42,433 bases of DNA from an uncultured Candidatus Saccharimonas sp. (GCA_943354005.1 CALRBE010000007.1:1-42433); one strand, 5' to 3'; shown: positions 9,640 to 18,569, numbered from the stretch's first letter. Notes: generated from the sequence alone by a model not told the origin. Numbers and translations are program-made.

Positions 9640-10208
9640 ACGTTATTAAAGATAATAGAGGTTTTACTATACTTGAGCTCTTGATATCTACTACTGTATT
9701 TTCTGTAATTCTGCTGCTATGTACATTTGGTCTTATACAGATAGGAAGAAATTACTACCGAGGGGCTACGATTACTAGAACTCAGAATGTAGCACGCTCC
9801 GTTATGAGTACATTAACTCAGTCGATACAGTTTAGCGGCTCAGATTTTGAAGGACAATTACCTCCTCCAGTTCCTCCATCCACATCAGGCGAGTTCTGTA
9901 TTGGCTCGTTAGGATACACTTATAATCTTGGTACTCAAGTTGGTGGCAATAATTTTGCACTAAAAACATCAGGGTGCTTCAATGGTAAACCGGCTCCTAA
10001 TTCTAAACAGACAGAACTATTAGGAAAGGGCATGAGTTTGCGTACATTCTCAATAGTAAAGAGTGGAGATTACTATACTATAACTTTACTCATTGCATAT
10101 GGAGAAAATGATCTGTTAAATGCTGATGGATTATGTAATGGCGGTGCTGGTAGCCAGTTCTGCGCAACGTCTTCACTTAAAACTACAGTGCATAGGAGGC
10201 TAAAATAG
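9636..10208 (+). CDS. Minor pilin (PilW/GspJ-like)
   Basis: 190 aa. RG|FTILELLISTTVFSVIL prepilin signal. ATGA overlap with the upstream gene. Confidence 0.7.
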   Translation: MNVIKDNRGFTILELLISTTVFSVILLLCTFGLIQIGRNYYRGATITRTQNVARSVMSTLTQSIQFSGSDFEGQLPPPVPPSTSGEFCIGSLGYTYNLGTQVGGNNFALKTSGCFNGKPAPNSKQTELLGKGMSLRTFSIVKSGDYYTITLLIAYGENDLLNADGLCNGGAGSQFCATSSLKTTVHRRLK

Positions 10209-11272
10209 TGTTTAATAAACATAAGATGATTAAACAAAGTAAAAATAGACTGAATGAAGAGGGAATTGTATCAATAGTTGTAACTTTAATTATTATGATT
10301 ATCCTAACCCTTATAGTTACAGGCTTTGCTCAGCTAGCAAGAAGAGAACAGCGTGAGGCACTAGACCGTCAATTAAGCACTCAAGCAAGTTATGCTGCAG
10401 AATCAGGTATTAACGCTCTTAAGGCAGCTCTTCCGTTTATCGCAGTAGACTCACGCGAGGACTGCGACGAAAATACACAGGTGGAAGCCAATAAGCCAAA
10501 TCCATTTACAATTGAAAACTCTAAATTGAGTGATAACTCAAGCTATACCTGCCTATTGTTTAATAGACAGCCCAAAGAATTATTCTATCAAAGAATCGGC
10601 GCAGACGATGCCGTGATCGCACCATTATCCCTGAAAGATTCTGGCGGTAGTTCAATCCCGTTAGGTAACCTGAATATTTCCTGGAAAGCAAAGACTGGAT
10701 CAACAAGCATAAATAATGAAGGTCTTGGTAAATTTCCAAAAGCCCAAGATTGGGGTGATTCAATAGGTATATTACGCCTAGACCTTATACCGATACCAAA
10801 TACAGTTCCAATAATTAAAGATGAGCTAGACGTATCTACTAAGTCATTTCTGTTACAACCACAAGCAAGCGGTCAAACTGAAAGGGATATTAGTATTATA
10901 AATAACGGAGATATAATTGGCGTTACTTGTAGATTAGGCAAATGCTTATTAAATATCAAGGGGCTAGATAAAAATAAATATTATTTAAGGATGCGCTCTA
11001 TATATAATCCTTCTAATGTTACATTAAATAATCAGGGCCTTAATGGAGCTGCTAGTACCAGTACCTTTGAGGGTGCTCAAATAGAAATAGACTCAACCGG
11101 AAGGGCAGCTGATGTATTGAAGAGAATCAAGGTTAGGATTGTGGATCCGAACTCAAGTGTCTCTTCTGTGAGCGGTCCTAATTTTCCAGAATATGTATTT
11201 AGTAGTAAAGATAATCTGTGTAAACGTCTTTCTTTGACGAGTATAGCGAGCGTTAACGGCTGTACTTATTAG
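10208..11272 (+). CDS. PilX-like pilus-associated protein (putative tip/priming subunit)
   Basis: 354 aa. The N-terminal hydrophobic helix followed by ARREQREALDRQLSTQASYAAESG resembles the PilX N-terminal domain. GTG start shares 1 nt with the upstream TAG; an ATG at 10226 is an alternative start. Confidence 0.6.
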   Translation: MFNKHKMIKQSKNRLNEEGIVSIVVTLIIMIILTLIVTGFAQLARREQREALDRQLSTQASYAAESGINALKAALPFIAVDSREDCDENTQVEANKPNPFTIENSKLSDNSSYTCLLFNRQPKELFYQRIGADDAVIAPLSLKDSGGSSIPLGNLNISWKAKTGSTSINNEGLGKFPKAQDWGDSIGILRLDLIPIPNTVPIIKDELDVSTKSFLLQPQASGQTERDISIINNGDIIGVTCRLGKCLLNIKGLDKNKYYLRMRSIYNPSNVTLNNQGLNGAASTSTFEGAQIEIDSTGRAADVLKRIKVRIVDPNSSVSSVSGPNFPEYVFSSKDNLCKRLSLTSIASVNGCTY

Positions 11273-11280
11273 AGATATTC

Positions 11281-12198
11281 TTAAGTATTTTCTTTACGGT
11301 GAAATTTTTCATGTATTGCTTTTAAGTGCGGGTCGGTAACGTGAGTATATATCTGTGTTGTAGCAATATTGCTATGACCTAGCATTGCTTGAACGCTTCT
11401 AATATCTGCTCCATTCATTAGAAGATCTGTTGCGAAAGAGTGCCTTAGAGTGTGCGGGGATACTTTTTTCGTAATACCAGCTAATAGGGCAGTTCTAGCC
11501 ACCATACGTTGGACGCTTCGAGCTGTTAGCCTATGAAAGTTCCCGCTGGTATCTACCTGTTTCTTTCCGCTGTATCTTACAAAAAGAGGCTTTACATTGT
11601 CTGACCTCATAAGCAGGTAGTCTTTAATATAATCTGCTGCTTGAGGACTTATGAAAATAGGGCGGTCTTTTTGTCCTTTACCACGAACCATGAACTCTCT
11701 TCGTTTAATATTGATATGATCTGTGTTCAGTGCAACAAGCTCGGATACACGTAGTCCGCTACTGAACAATAATTCAAGTATTGCACGATCTCGGGAGCCA
11801 ATTTTAGTAGTAGGATCACATACATCGAACATCTGCTGTACTTCTTCTGGTGTTAAAAAGGTAACTTGTTTACGTGTTGTTCTTGCGAGCTCTATCTTAT
11901 CCGCAGACAGGGCGGGGATATCACGCTTAGCGCAATACTTCAAGAAGCTTCGCAGGGCTATTAGGTGATAGTTTTGGGTAGTTTTCTGCAGCTCATCTGA
12001 CGTGTTGGTACCAAGCCTATTTAGCCATAGTCTCCACTTACGAATGAGTTCACCGTCTATATCACTTATTTTTATATCTCCCGCGTAGTCAATTAAGCGC
12101 GTAAGGTAATGGTCGTAGTTTTTAATAGTCTTTTGAGATCTGTTTTGTTCGACTTCTAGGTATTCAAGAAAGTCTGTTTTTGCTTTTCGTAGTAGCAT
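11281..12198 (-). CDS. xerC: Tyrosine site-specific recombinase, XerC/XerD type
   Basis: 305 aa. N-terminal SAM-like domain and C-terminal catalytic motifs (ELLFSSGLRVSEL, HTLRHSFATDLL, LGHSNIATTQIYTHV). Confidence 0.9.
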   Translation of the reverse strand: MLLRKAKTDFLEYLEVEQNRSQKTIKNYDHYLTRLIDYAGDIKISDIDGELIRKWRLWLNRLGTNTSDELQKTTQNYHLIALRSFLKYCAKRDIPALSADKIELARTTRKQVTFLTPEEVQQMFDVCDPTTKIGSRDRAILELLFSSGLRVSELVALNTDHINIKRREFMVRGKGQKDRPIFISPQAADYIKDYLLMRSDNVKPLFVRYSGKKQVDTSGNFHRLTARSVQRMVARTALLAGITKKVSPHTLRHSFATDLLMNGADIRSVQAMLGHSNIATTQIYTHVTDPHLKAIHEKFHRKENT

Positions 12199-12285
12199 AA
12201 GTTCTATACTACACTATATTGCACTACCCCTATAATCTATACGACGTATCTGATAGAATAGAGGCATATATAAGCAAGGAACACC

Positions 12286-12750
12286 ATGGAAAAAACACTC
12301 ATTATTCTTAAACCAGATGCGATTCAACGAACTCTCGTTGGAGAAATAATTAAGCGTTTAGAACGGAAGGGACTAAAACTGATAGGTATTAAAATGTCAC
12401 GACTTGACGACACAGTTTTACGTGCTCATTATGCTCATATTGTCGACAAACCATTTTATAAGGATATTGAATCATTCATGCAATCTGCACCTGTAGTAAT
12501 TATGGCCTGGGAAGGTTACGAATGTGTTGACTCCGTAAGGTTACTCGTAGGATCTACAAATCCTCGTATTGCAGATGCTGGAACGATCCGTGGTGACCTA
12601 GCAAGCGGTAATGGGCGAAACTTAATTCATGCATCAGATTCAAAAGAGAACGGGCAAACTGAAGTTAATCGTTTCTTTGAACCAAAGGATCTATTTAGCT
12701 ATGACCGAAATGATACACCTGATGTGTATTCTCCAGAAGAACGTAAATAA
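12286..12750 (+). CDS. ndk: Nucleoside diphosphate kinase
   Basis: 154 aa. Motifs: TLIILKPDA, GTIRGDLA, and NLIHASDS containing the active-site His. Confidence 0.95.
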   Translation: MEKTLIILKPDAIQRTLVGEIIKRLERKGLKLIGIKMSRLDDTVLRAHYAHIVDKPFYKDIESFMQSAPVVIMAWEGYECVDSVRLLVGSTNPRIADAGTIRGDLASGNGRNLIHASDSKENGQTEVNRFFEPKDLFSYDRNDTPDVYSPEERK

Positions 12751-12795
12751 AAAAATATAAATTTCAGGTATAAAGAGAGGTAGATAAAGTATGAA

Positions 12796-12872
12796 TGGTG
12801 ATCCGGGAGGGATTCGAACCCCCGACGCCCGCCTTAGGACGGCGGCGCTCTATCCAGCTGAGCTACCGGACC
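12796..12872 (-). tRNA. tRNA-Arg (anticodon CCU)
   Basis: Reverse complement GGTCCGGTAGCTCAGCTGGATAGAGCGCCGCCGTCCTAAGGCGGGCG...GGTTCGAATCCCTCCCGGATCACCA folds as a cloverleaf. Anticodon loop is gtCCTaa. CCA is encoded. Confidence 0.9.
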
Positions 12873-12946
12873 ATTTTACAATACCTACTAGAGTAGTATA
12901 CCTGGAGTCTCTGGACGTTCAAGCATAAAAGCTTTACCCTATAAGT

Positions 12947-13516
12947 ATGTCAAAAAAAGAAAAAACACCAAATAAGCACTTCGATGATCAATTTGAGGAC
13001 GAAGATGTACTTTTCGTTTTTAGAAAACATCCACTAATTATGAGAAAAGGAATAGTGTTAGGGATGGTATGTATGCTAATTGGTCCATTGTATACGCTCA
13101 TATTAACCTATGCTCGTCCTGAAAATATTCCATCAATGACCTTTTTCTTCATGAGCATTCTTATAAGTATGGCCATAGGGTTACTTTTCGTCTTTCCATA
13201 TTGGATAGGGTGGTACTACAGCTTATTTATAGTAACCAACCAGCGGCTTATACAGATTACCCAAAAAGGTTTATTTCATCGTAGTGTTGTAGATCTCGGG
13301 CTACAGCAAATACAAATGGTTAACTATCAAATATCTGGTTTGCAACAAACTTTGCTGGGATTTGGTACAATAATGATGCAGACTTACGTCGGCGACCTAG
13401 TAATACGCGATATTCATAAACCTGCAAAGATACAGAAGAAACTACTTAATATATTGCGGCAAGAGGGTATCGACGTTCAAGAATCATCAATAGAAGAGGA
13501 ACCGGAATCAGCATGA
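12947..13516 (+). CDS. Membrane protein with a bacterial PH (YdbT-like) domain
   Basis: 189 aa. DVLFVFRKHPL is followed by two TM helices and IVTNQRLIQI, a pattern typical of bPH_2 proteins. Confidence 0.55.
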   Translation: MSKKEKTPNKHFDDQFEDEDVLFVFRKHPLIMRKGIVLGMVCMLIGPLYTLILTYARPENIPSMTFFFMSILISMAIGLLFVFPYWIGWYYSLFIVTNQRLIQITQKGLFHRSVVDLGLQQIQMVNYQISGLQQTLLGFGTIMMQTYVGDLVIRDIHKPAKIQKKLLNILRQEGIDVQESSIEEEPESA

Positions 13517-14559
13517 TAAATAGAATAAAAAAACGAGTTACTAAAAGACCCCAAGAAGAGCCTCTATCGCAGGACGGTGCACCTAGAATTACCAATGAAA
13601 CGGTTGCAGAGCATCGTGAAGAGGTTTTATCGAGTGCTCGTAAGTATATCTACCCATTACAGCATTCAAAGCATAAGATAGTACTCATAACCACCAGTCT
13701 TCTCATAGCAGTAATTGTAGGCTTTTTTACCTTTACGATGGTATCGTTATACCGAGTTAAATCCTATTCGTCATTTTTATACGGTGTTACAAAAGTTATT
13801 CCTTTTCCAGTTGCTAAAGCAGGGAACAGCTATGTAGCTTATGAAAACTATCTTTTTGAGTTAAAGCATTACATTCATTATTATCAGAACCAGCAAAAAC
13901 TTGATTTTAGTACCGACTCTGGAAAACAGCAACTTGATGAATTTAAAAAACGAGCTTTAACAAAAGTCGTAGATGACGCCTACATTAAACAGCTTGCCTC
14001 CGAAAAGAATGTAACTGTATCTGATAAAGAAGTGGAGAATGAGATTCAAATAGTTCGTTCACAGAACAGACTAGGCGGAAGTACAAAAGTTTTCGAAGAT
14101 GTACTTAAAGAATATTATGGCTGGTCAATAAATGATTTTAGAAGAAGCCTTAAACAACAACTCCTGGCGCAGAAACTACTACCTGTACTTGATCCCGAGA
14201 CAGTGACTCGTGCAAATCAAGCTAAAGCTGAACTTAATGCCGGGGCAGATTTCGCTGCAGTGGCTAAAAAATACTCTGATGATGCAGCCAGTAAAGATAC
14301 TGGTGGTGAATTCGGTTTTCCTATCGACCAGTCGAATAGAGACATAGATGCCCAAGTGACAAACGAACTCTATAAGCTGAAACCTGGACAAGTGTCAGGA
14401 GTTATAAATAGTGGATATGCGCTTGAAATCGTAAAAAATATAGAACCACAGGGCGATAAGATTCGTGGTGCTCATATCGTATTCAACTTCAAGAACATCA
14501 ATATGTATCTAAATGATCTCAAAGACCAGAAGAAGGCCACACTATACATTAAGCTATAG
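13513..14559 (+). CDS. Membrane-anchored PpiC/parvulin-type peptidyl-prolyl isomerase (PrsA/SurA-like)
   Basis: 348 aa. Has an N-terminal TM helix and a parvulin signature region ADFAAVAKKYSDDAASKDTGGEFGF. ATGA overlap with the upstream gene. Confidence 0.75.
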   Translation: MINRIKKRVTKRPQEEPLSQDGAPRITNETVAEHREEVLSSARKYIYPLQHSKHKIVLITTSLLIAVIVGFFTFTMVSLYRVKSYSSFLYGVTKVIPFPVAKAGNSYVAYENYLFELKHYIHYYQNQQKLDFSTDSGKQQLDEFKKRALTKVVDDAYIKQLASEKNVTVSDKEVENEIQIVRSQNRLGGSTKVFEDVLKEYYGWSINDFRRSLKQQLLAQKLLPVLDPETVTRANQAKAELNAGADFAAVAKKYSDDAASKDTGGEFGFPIDQSNRDIDAQVTNELYKLKPGQVSGVINSGYALEIVKNIEPQGDKIRGAHIVFNFKNINMYLNDLKDQKKATLYIKL

Positions 14560-14591
14560 ATGAACACTTTATGTATTCAATTCTATATCTG

Positions 14592-15632
14592 TTAATCTTC
14601 GATATTAAGACTAATTGCTGTGCTTAAGAACTTAAGAAATATTTCATTTTCTTCGTTAACATACCATTCATCCTGATTATCTTTCATGAGTGTAATAGTT
14701 GAGTTAATACCTTGAAGTAGATTCTTTGCCGAAGCTACGCCATAATCTTTTTCATTATCGTTCTGTGAATTACAAAGATCAATTATGTAATCCGTTTGCT
14801 TGTTGAGCCGTATATTCATATGCTCACCATCTAAGTACATTATCTTTTCTTTTTGTAATTGCTCGGGCGATCCCGTCCTTATATATTGAATTAGTAGATC
14901 GCGTCCCCAGTATTCTAGATATTCTTCTAGATCTTGCGATGTTTCTATATGTTGTTTCGCTTTGATATACTCGCTGTATTCTTCTCCTAGGTAAGCTGGT
15001 GCTTCACCTTGTAATAACTCTATAAAATAGTCGGGCTCATCTAGTTCAAGTCTTTTTATGTCGTCATATATATAGTCGTAATGCTTTAAGGCAAGTTCTC
15101 CGCTATATCTACATGCCTGAACCATATATAGGTCTGTGCTTTCAGGGAAGGGGGTAGCGCCTTCTATGACTCTTTTTTTAATATCTTTCACAAGGTCGAT
15201 TATTAGATCCAAATTTTTATCATCTGACTGTATTTCTGTTTTTGATTGTTTTGACAGAAAACCCTGGAACATATCAATATCGGCTATTGTGGGAATAAGT
15301 TTGGGCGCGCTAATTGAAGCACCAGTACTACTCTTGAGCTGCGATCCATGTTGTAACGAAACTCCGATGCTTCTTAGGATATCTTCATGAACTATTTGAG
15401 TTAATTCCTTGTGCATACTGTCTTCAGAATTGGCTTTTTCAAGCGCTTCTTCAAAAACACCAGTAGATGTTTCTACAGACTCTTCATATTCAAGGGTAGC
15501 TCTAAGGATATTCATAATACCTATCGACATACCAGTGTGCTTATTATTAAAGATTATAACTTCCTGATATGAATCAGTTATATCCTGAAGGCTGGGTATC
15601 TTTTCTGGTGATGTTTCATTTGGTGAGGTCAT
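14592..15632 (-). CDS. Hypothetical, highly acidic cytoplasmic protein
   Basis: 346-aa uninterrupted ORF in a markedly AT-rich segment. D/E-rich, with no TM helix or known motif. Confidence 0.55.
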   Translation of the reverse strand: MTSPNETSPEKIPSLQDITDSYQEVIIFNNKHTGMSIGIMNILRATLEYEESVETSTGVFEEALEKANSEDSMHKELTQIVHEDILRSIGVSLQHGSQLKSSTGASISAPKLIPTIADIDMFQGFLSKQSKTEIQSDDKNLDLIIDLVKDIKKRVIEGATPFPESTDLYMVQACRYSGELALKHYDYIYDDIKRLELDEPDYFIELLQGEAPAYLGEEYSEYIKAKQHIETSQDLEEYLEYWGRDLLIQYIRTGSPEQLQKEKIMYLDGEHMNIRLNKQTDYIIDLCNSQNDNEKDYGVASAKNLLQGINSTITLMKDNQDEWYVNEENEIFLKFLSTAISLNIED

Positions 15633-15880
15633 ATTCGTTCCAATATTCTAGTGTCTTTTATATGTTCTTTCATAATGAAATGTACTGAGACCAGAGAACG
15701 GGGTATTAAGAGAGCACTTAAATCAAATAAAGGGCCGTTCAAGGGTCTATTAACGTCAACTACATAACTTTTGAACTTACTCATTAGTATATTTTAACAT
15801 ATTTATCAACAAAAGTAAATATCTCGCCTTGAAAGATATACTTCAAAGTTTGAACTATTGTGTTGTTGTTTACGACGCCT

Positions 15881-16708
15881 CTATGGAGTTGGATTATTTT
15901 CGAACTTAACGAATGCGTGATCTTTCCAGTATTCTGCTGACGCTCCATGCAAGCTATCCATTGAAAATGCTTCAGTAGTAATTTTTGCCGGGAACGGAGG
16001 TGCAATTTCACCTGGGTATGAGGTTAAGACAACCGGGAGGCCCGATTCTGGATCTCGTCGCATAACAATACTAACTTTGCTTGTTGCGGCAGCTTCAGGG
16101 TCTGTTACTACAGATATCATAGCTTCTGGCTCAAACTTGCCGTGGGGGTTTGCAACTTCGCCCGATTCTGTAGTCTTCACTTCGAACCTGCCTGTTTCGC
16201 TATTACGAACCATTTCTGGATACCAAGCTCCCGAGAGGCCGTCTTCCACTGCTGGTTCACCGCCAGGTGTACGAATACCCGACTCAACTGTAAAACCTGT
16301 GGCTTCTAGCTCAGCAACTTCTTTAACACCTGAATAACCAAGTTTTTCATGACCAGGTAGTGTAACATCAAGCGTAAGTTCGGCCATACCATGTTGGTCG
16401 AATTGCATTGAAGCGGGCATTGCTTCTGAGAGAAATGAAATTAGTGTTTGAGCGTCAGGGAATAGATCACCGTTAAACTGGCTGCCAGCTACGTCTCCAT
16501 CTTGGTGAATCGAAAGGTGATCAACGACACCGCTGAAATCCACGGTTTCGCGAGTAAAAGGGTCGCCAGTTAGCTCTACGACACCATCTCCGCGTGTTGA
16601 TTCTTGCTTGGCAGTAACCTGGGCAGGGCCGATACTGGTTTCAAATTCATATTGTAAGGCGGGGGCCTCCTCTTGCTGGCTAACTACTGGAAAATCTTCA
16701 TCTGTCAT
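15881..16708 (-). CDS. Hypothetical acidic protein
   Basis: 275-aa ORF with an AGGAG upstream of the ATG. GC content is noticeably higher than in the neighbours. No recognisable family. Confidence 0.55.
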   Translation of the reverse strand: MTDEDFPVVSQQEEAPALQYEFETSIGPAQVTAKQESTRGDGVVELTGDPFTRETVDFSGVVDHLSIHQDGDVAGSQFNGDLFPDAQTLISFLSEAMPASMQFDQHGMAELTLDVTLPGHEKLGYSGVKEVAELEATGFTVESGIRTPGGEPAVEDGLSGAWYPEMVRNSETGRFEVKTTESGEVANPHGKFEPEAMISVVTDPEAAATSKVSIVMRRDPESGLPVVLTSYPGEIAPPFPAKITTEAFSMDSLHGASAEYWKDHAFVKFENNPTP

Positions 16709-16767
16709 TTTTTTACTCCTTATTTTTATACTAGACCTTTTTACTGAATATGACCTGTGGCCTGCAC

Positions 16768-17193
16768 CTAACTAGTGACGTCTTTCTTACCGTTAAAGTA
16801 GCCTTCAACAGTTTCAAACTCTACAGGTGGTTCAATAGGCCGAATAGTTCCAGCTTTGTGAGCCGCTGATATGACTTCATTGCTCTTAGTGGGTGATACG
16901 CCTGGAGCAGTTGCTATAGTTAAATGTGGATGCTCGTTTGTACTAATGGGCTGACCATCGACTGATTCAACTAACACTGCATGTACTCCGTCTGCGACGA
17001 CTTCGCCGATTGCACGAAGAGTTCGTCTGCTGCCAGGAGTGATGTCTTCAGTACCATTTGCTGGTTTAAATTCACGAGTTACATGGTGGCCATGAATTTT
17101 TACGCCTTCTTCTTCTATTTGTGAGGGTATTTGAGCAAGTAGAGCATCCTGGTCTTCAACGAAATGGCCTGTGTAGATTACTTTTTCTGACAT
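16768..17193 (-). CDS. Hypothetical protein, possible minimal 2H-phosphoesterase-like fold
   Basis: 141 aa with AAGGAA upstream. Contains two His-x-Thr tetrads (HVTR at about aa 37 and HLTI at about aa 90), as in 2H phosphoesterases. The functional assignment is weak. Confidence 0.5.
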   Translation of the reverse strand: MSEKVIYTGHFVEDQDALLAQIPSQIEEEGVKIHGHHVTREFKPANGTEDITPGSRRTLRAIGEVVADGVHAVLVESVDGQPISTNEHPHLTIATAPGVSPTKSNEVISAAHKAGTIRPIEPPVEFETVEGYFNGKKDVTS

Positions 17194-17280
17194 TTTTGAT
17201 TCCTTCTTTAGTTTTTTTAAACTCCTTATACGTTAGCATCACCACGTAAAAAAGTTAAGTAACTTCCAGCCTGTAACTAC

Positions 17281-17301
17281 AAAAAGAGACCAAACGGTCT
17301 C
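17281..17301 (-). terminator. Rho-independent terminator after the epimerase-like gene
   Basis: On the minus strand: GAGACC-gttt-GGTCTC followed by TTTTT. Confidence 0.6.
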
Positions 17302-17377
17302 AAGATGATTTATGCTATTTATGCTTGGTGGGCCTTAGCTTTGCAGTTTTAGAACTACTTTATGACTCTACAAACGA

Positions 17378-18211
17378 CTACAACAGCTCAACACGTGTAG
17401 TTAGCGTAGCGCTTCCATAGGGCGGAACCTGTACGCCGCTGGTATCGCCATCATCAAATTTTGCCACGCCAACGATTGGCTCAAAACAGATAGACGGACT
17501 GCCAGGCCGTTTCCAAATCCACATGGCTAACGGGTGCTTAGTATCACCCTCAAAGGCAGCTGAAATATTGACGCTGTGCCCAGCTGGGAAATTTATAGTT
17601 GCTTCGCCGCCAAAGTCCCAATATATCGCATCACCGTTTTCTACGGTCTGCTGACTGCCTTCACCTAGTAGTTTGTCTAAAGATTTACCGTTAACCTCTA
17701 AGCCTTCAAAGTTCTCATCAACCAAAGTAAAGTATATGTGCTCACCCATACTTGTTTCTTCGGCGGTATCTTCTGAACTGCGAATAGTTGTATGAGTAGT
17801 TAATGAATTCGCGGTTAGCTCGAAAGCTTTAACAAGCGACAGGCCATTGTCAGAACGCTTTGCCTGAACTGCAACCTGCTTTTCGCCGTTAGGGCCGTCA
17901 TTGAGCGGAAACTCATGGTAGTCAGACCAACGGGGAAATCCATGTTGGCCGCCAATGCCTTCGTAGGGGCCAGCTGGAACCATTGGGTGTGTAGCTGTAA
18001 GCTTCGGCTTCTCAAGGTTCGATTCGGCATACAGTACATCGGTTCGTAGGCCAGTTGTGGGGCTAGTTAGTTCACAGTCGGTAATAAAAGCACCACGCAA
18101 ACGCACATCTAGAGAGCTTGCCATCGTTTCGATGCTAACTACTTGGCTCTGTACTTCGGTGATATTTTTATTTGTTTCAATTTCTTGTGCGAATGGTAAT
18201 TCGTCTGACAT
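17378..18211 (-). CDS. Aldose 1-epimerase family protein (hexose-6-phosphate mutarotase-like)
   Basis: 277 aa. GGQHGFPRWSDY matches the HGF(A/P)R core motif of YeaD-type mutarotases. Confidence 0.7.
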   Translation of the reverse strand: MSDELPFAQEIETNKNITEVQSQVVSIETMASSLDVRLRGAFITDCELTSPTTGLRTDVLYAESNLEKPKLTATHPMVPAGPYEGIGGQHGFPRWSDYHEFPLNDGPNGEKQVAVQAKRSDNGLSLVKAFELTANSLTTHTTIRSSEDTAEETSMGEHIYFTLVDENFEGLEVNGKSLDKLLGEGSQQTVENGDAIYWDFGGEATINFPAGHSVNISAAFEGDTKHPLAMWIWKRPGSPSICFEPIVGVAKFDDGDTSGVQVPPYGSATLTTRVELL

Positions 18212-18248
18212 ATATAAACATTAGCATAATATTAGTTTTTTGTCAAAA

Positions 18249-18326
18249 TGGCGGGCCCGACCGGATTCGAACCGGCGATCTCCTCCGTGACAGGGAGGCA
18301 TGTTAGGCCAGCTACACCACGGGCCC
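18249..18326 (-). tRNA. tRNA-Asp (anticodon GUC)
   Basis: Reverse complement GGGCCCGTGGTGTAGCTGG...CCTCCCTGTCACGGAGG...GGTTCGAATCCGGTCGGGCCCGCCA. Anticodon loop is ctGTCac. CCA is encoded. Confidence 0.9.
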
Positions 18327-18400
18327 GCATTTTTGTTACACAAAGTAACGCATCAAATAATAACAGTTTAAGGTGTTAAAATCAACCTCTATGGAGTATT

Positions 18401-18409
18401 TGCTATAAT
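18401..18409 (+). promoter_or_regulatory. Extended -10 element (TGcTATAAT) for tRNA-Thr
   Basis: TGCTATAAT lies 19 nt upstream of the mature tRNA 5' end. Confidence 0.45.
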
Positions 18410-18428
18410 TGATGAAGTTTATAAATAG

Positions 18429-18504
18429 GCCGTCGTAGCTCAGTTGGTAGAGTGGCGCTTTCGTAAAGCGTAGGTCACCGGTTCGATCCCGGTCGACGGC
18501 TCCA
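18429..18504 (+). tRNA. tRNA-Thr (anticodon CGU)
   Basis: GCCGTCGTAGCTCAGTTGGTAGAGTGGCGCTTTCGTAAAGCGTAGGTCACCGGTTCGATCCCGGTCGACGGCTCCA. Anticodon loop is ttCGTaa. Discriminator is U73. CCA is encoded. Confidence 0.9.
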
Positions 18505-18569
18505 TGTTTATTTATCATTTTTAACTATATAGATTGGGGTTCACGTATAAAGCGTGTAAAATTACTTGT

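Noticed and set aside
18336-18518. 60-aa minus-strand ORF; likewise 27002-27193 (+) and 26941-27123 (-)
   Set aside because: Each overlaps a well-formed tRNA gene (tRNA-Thr and tRNA-Pro respectively). The translations are artefacts of tRNA sequence.
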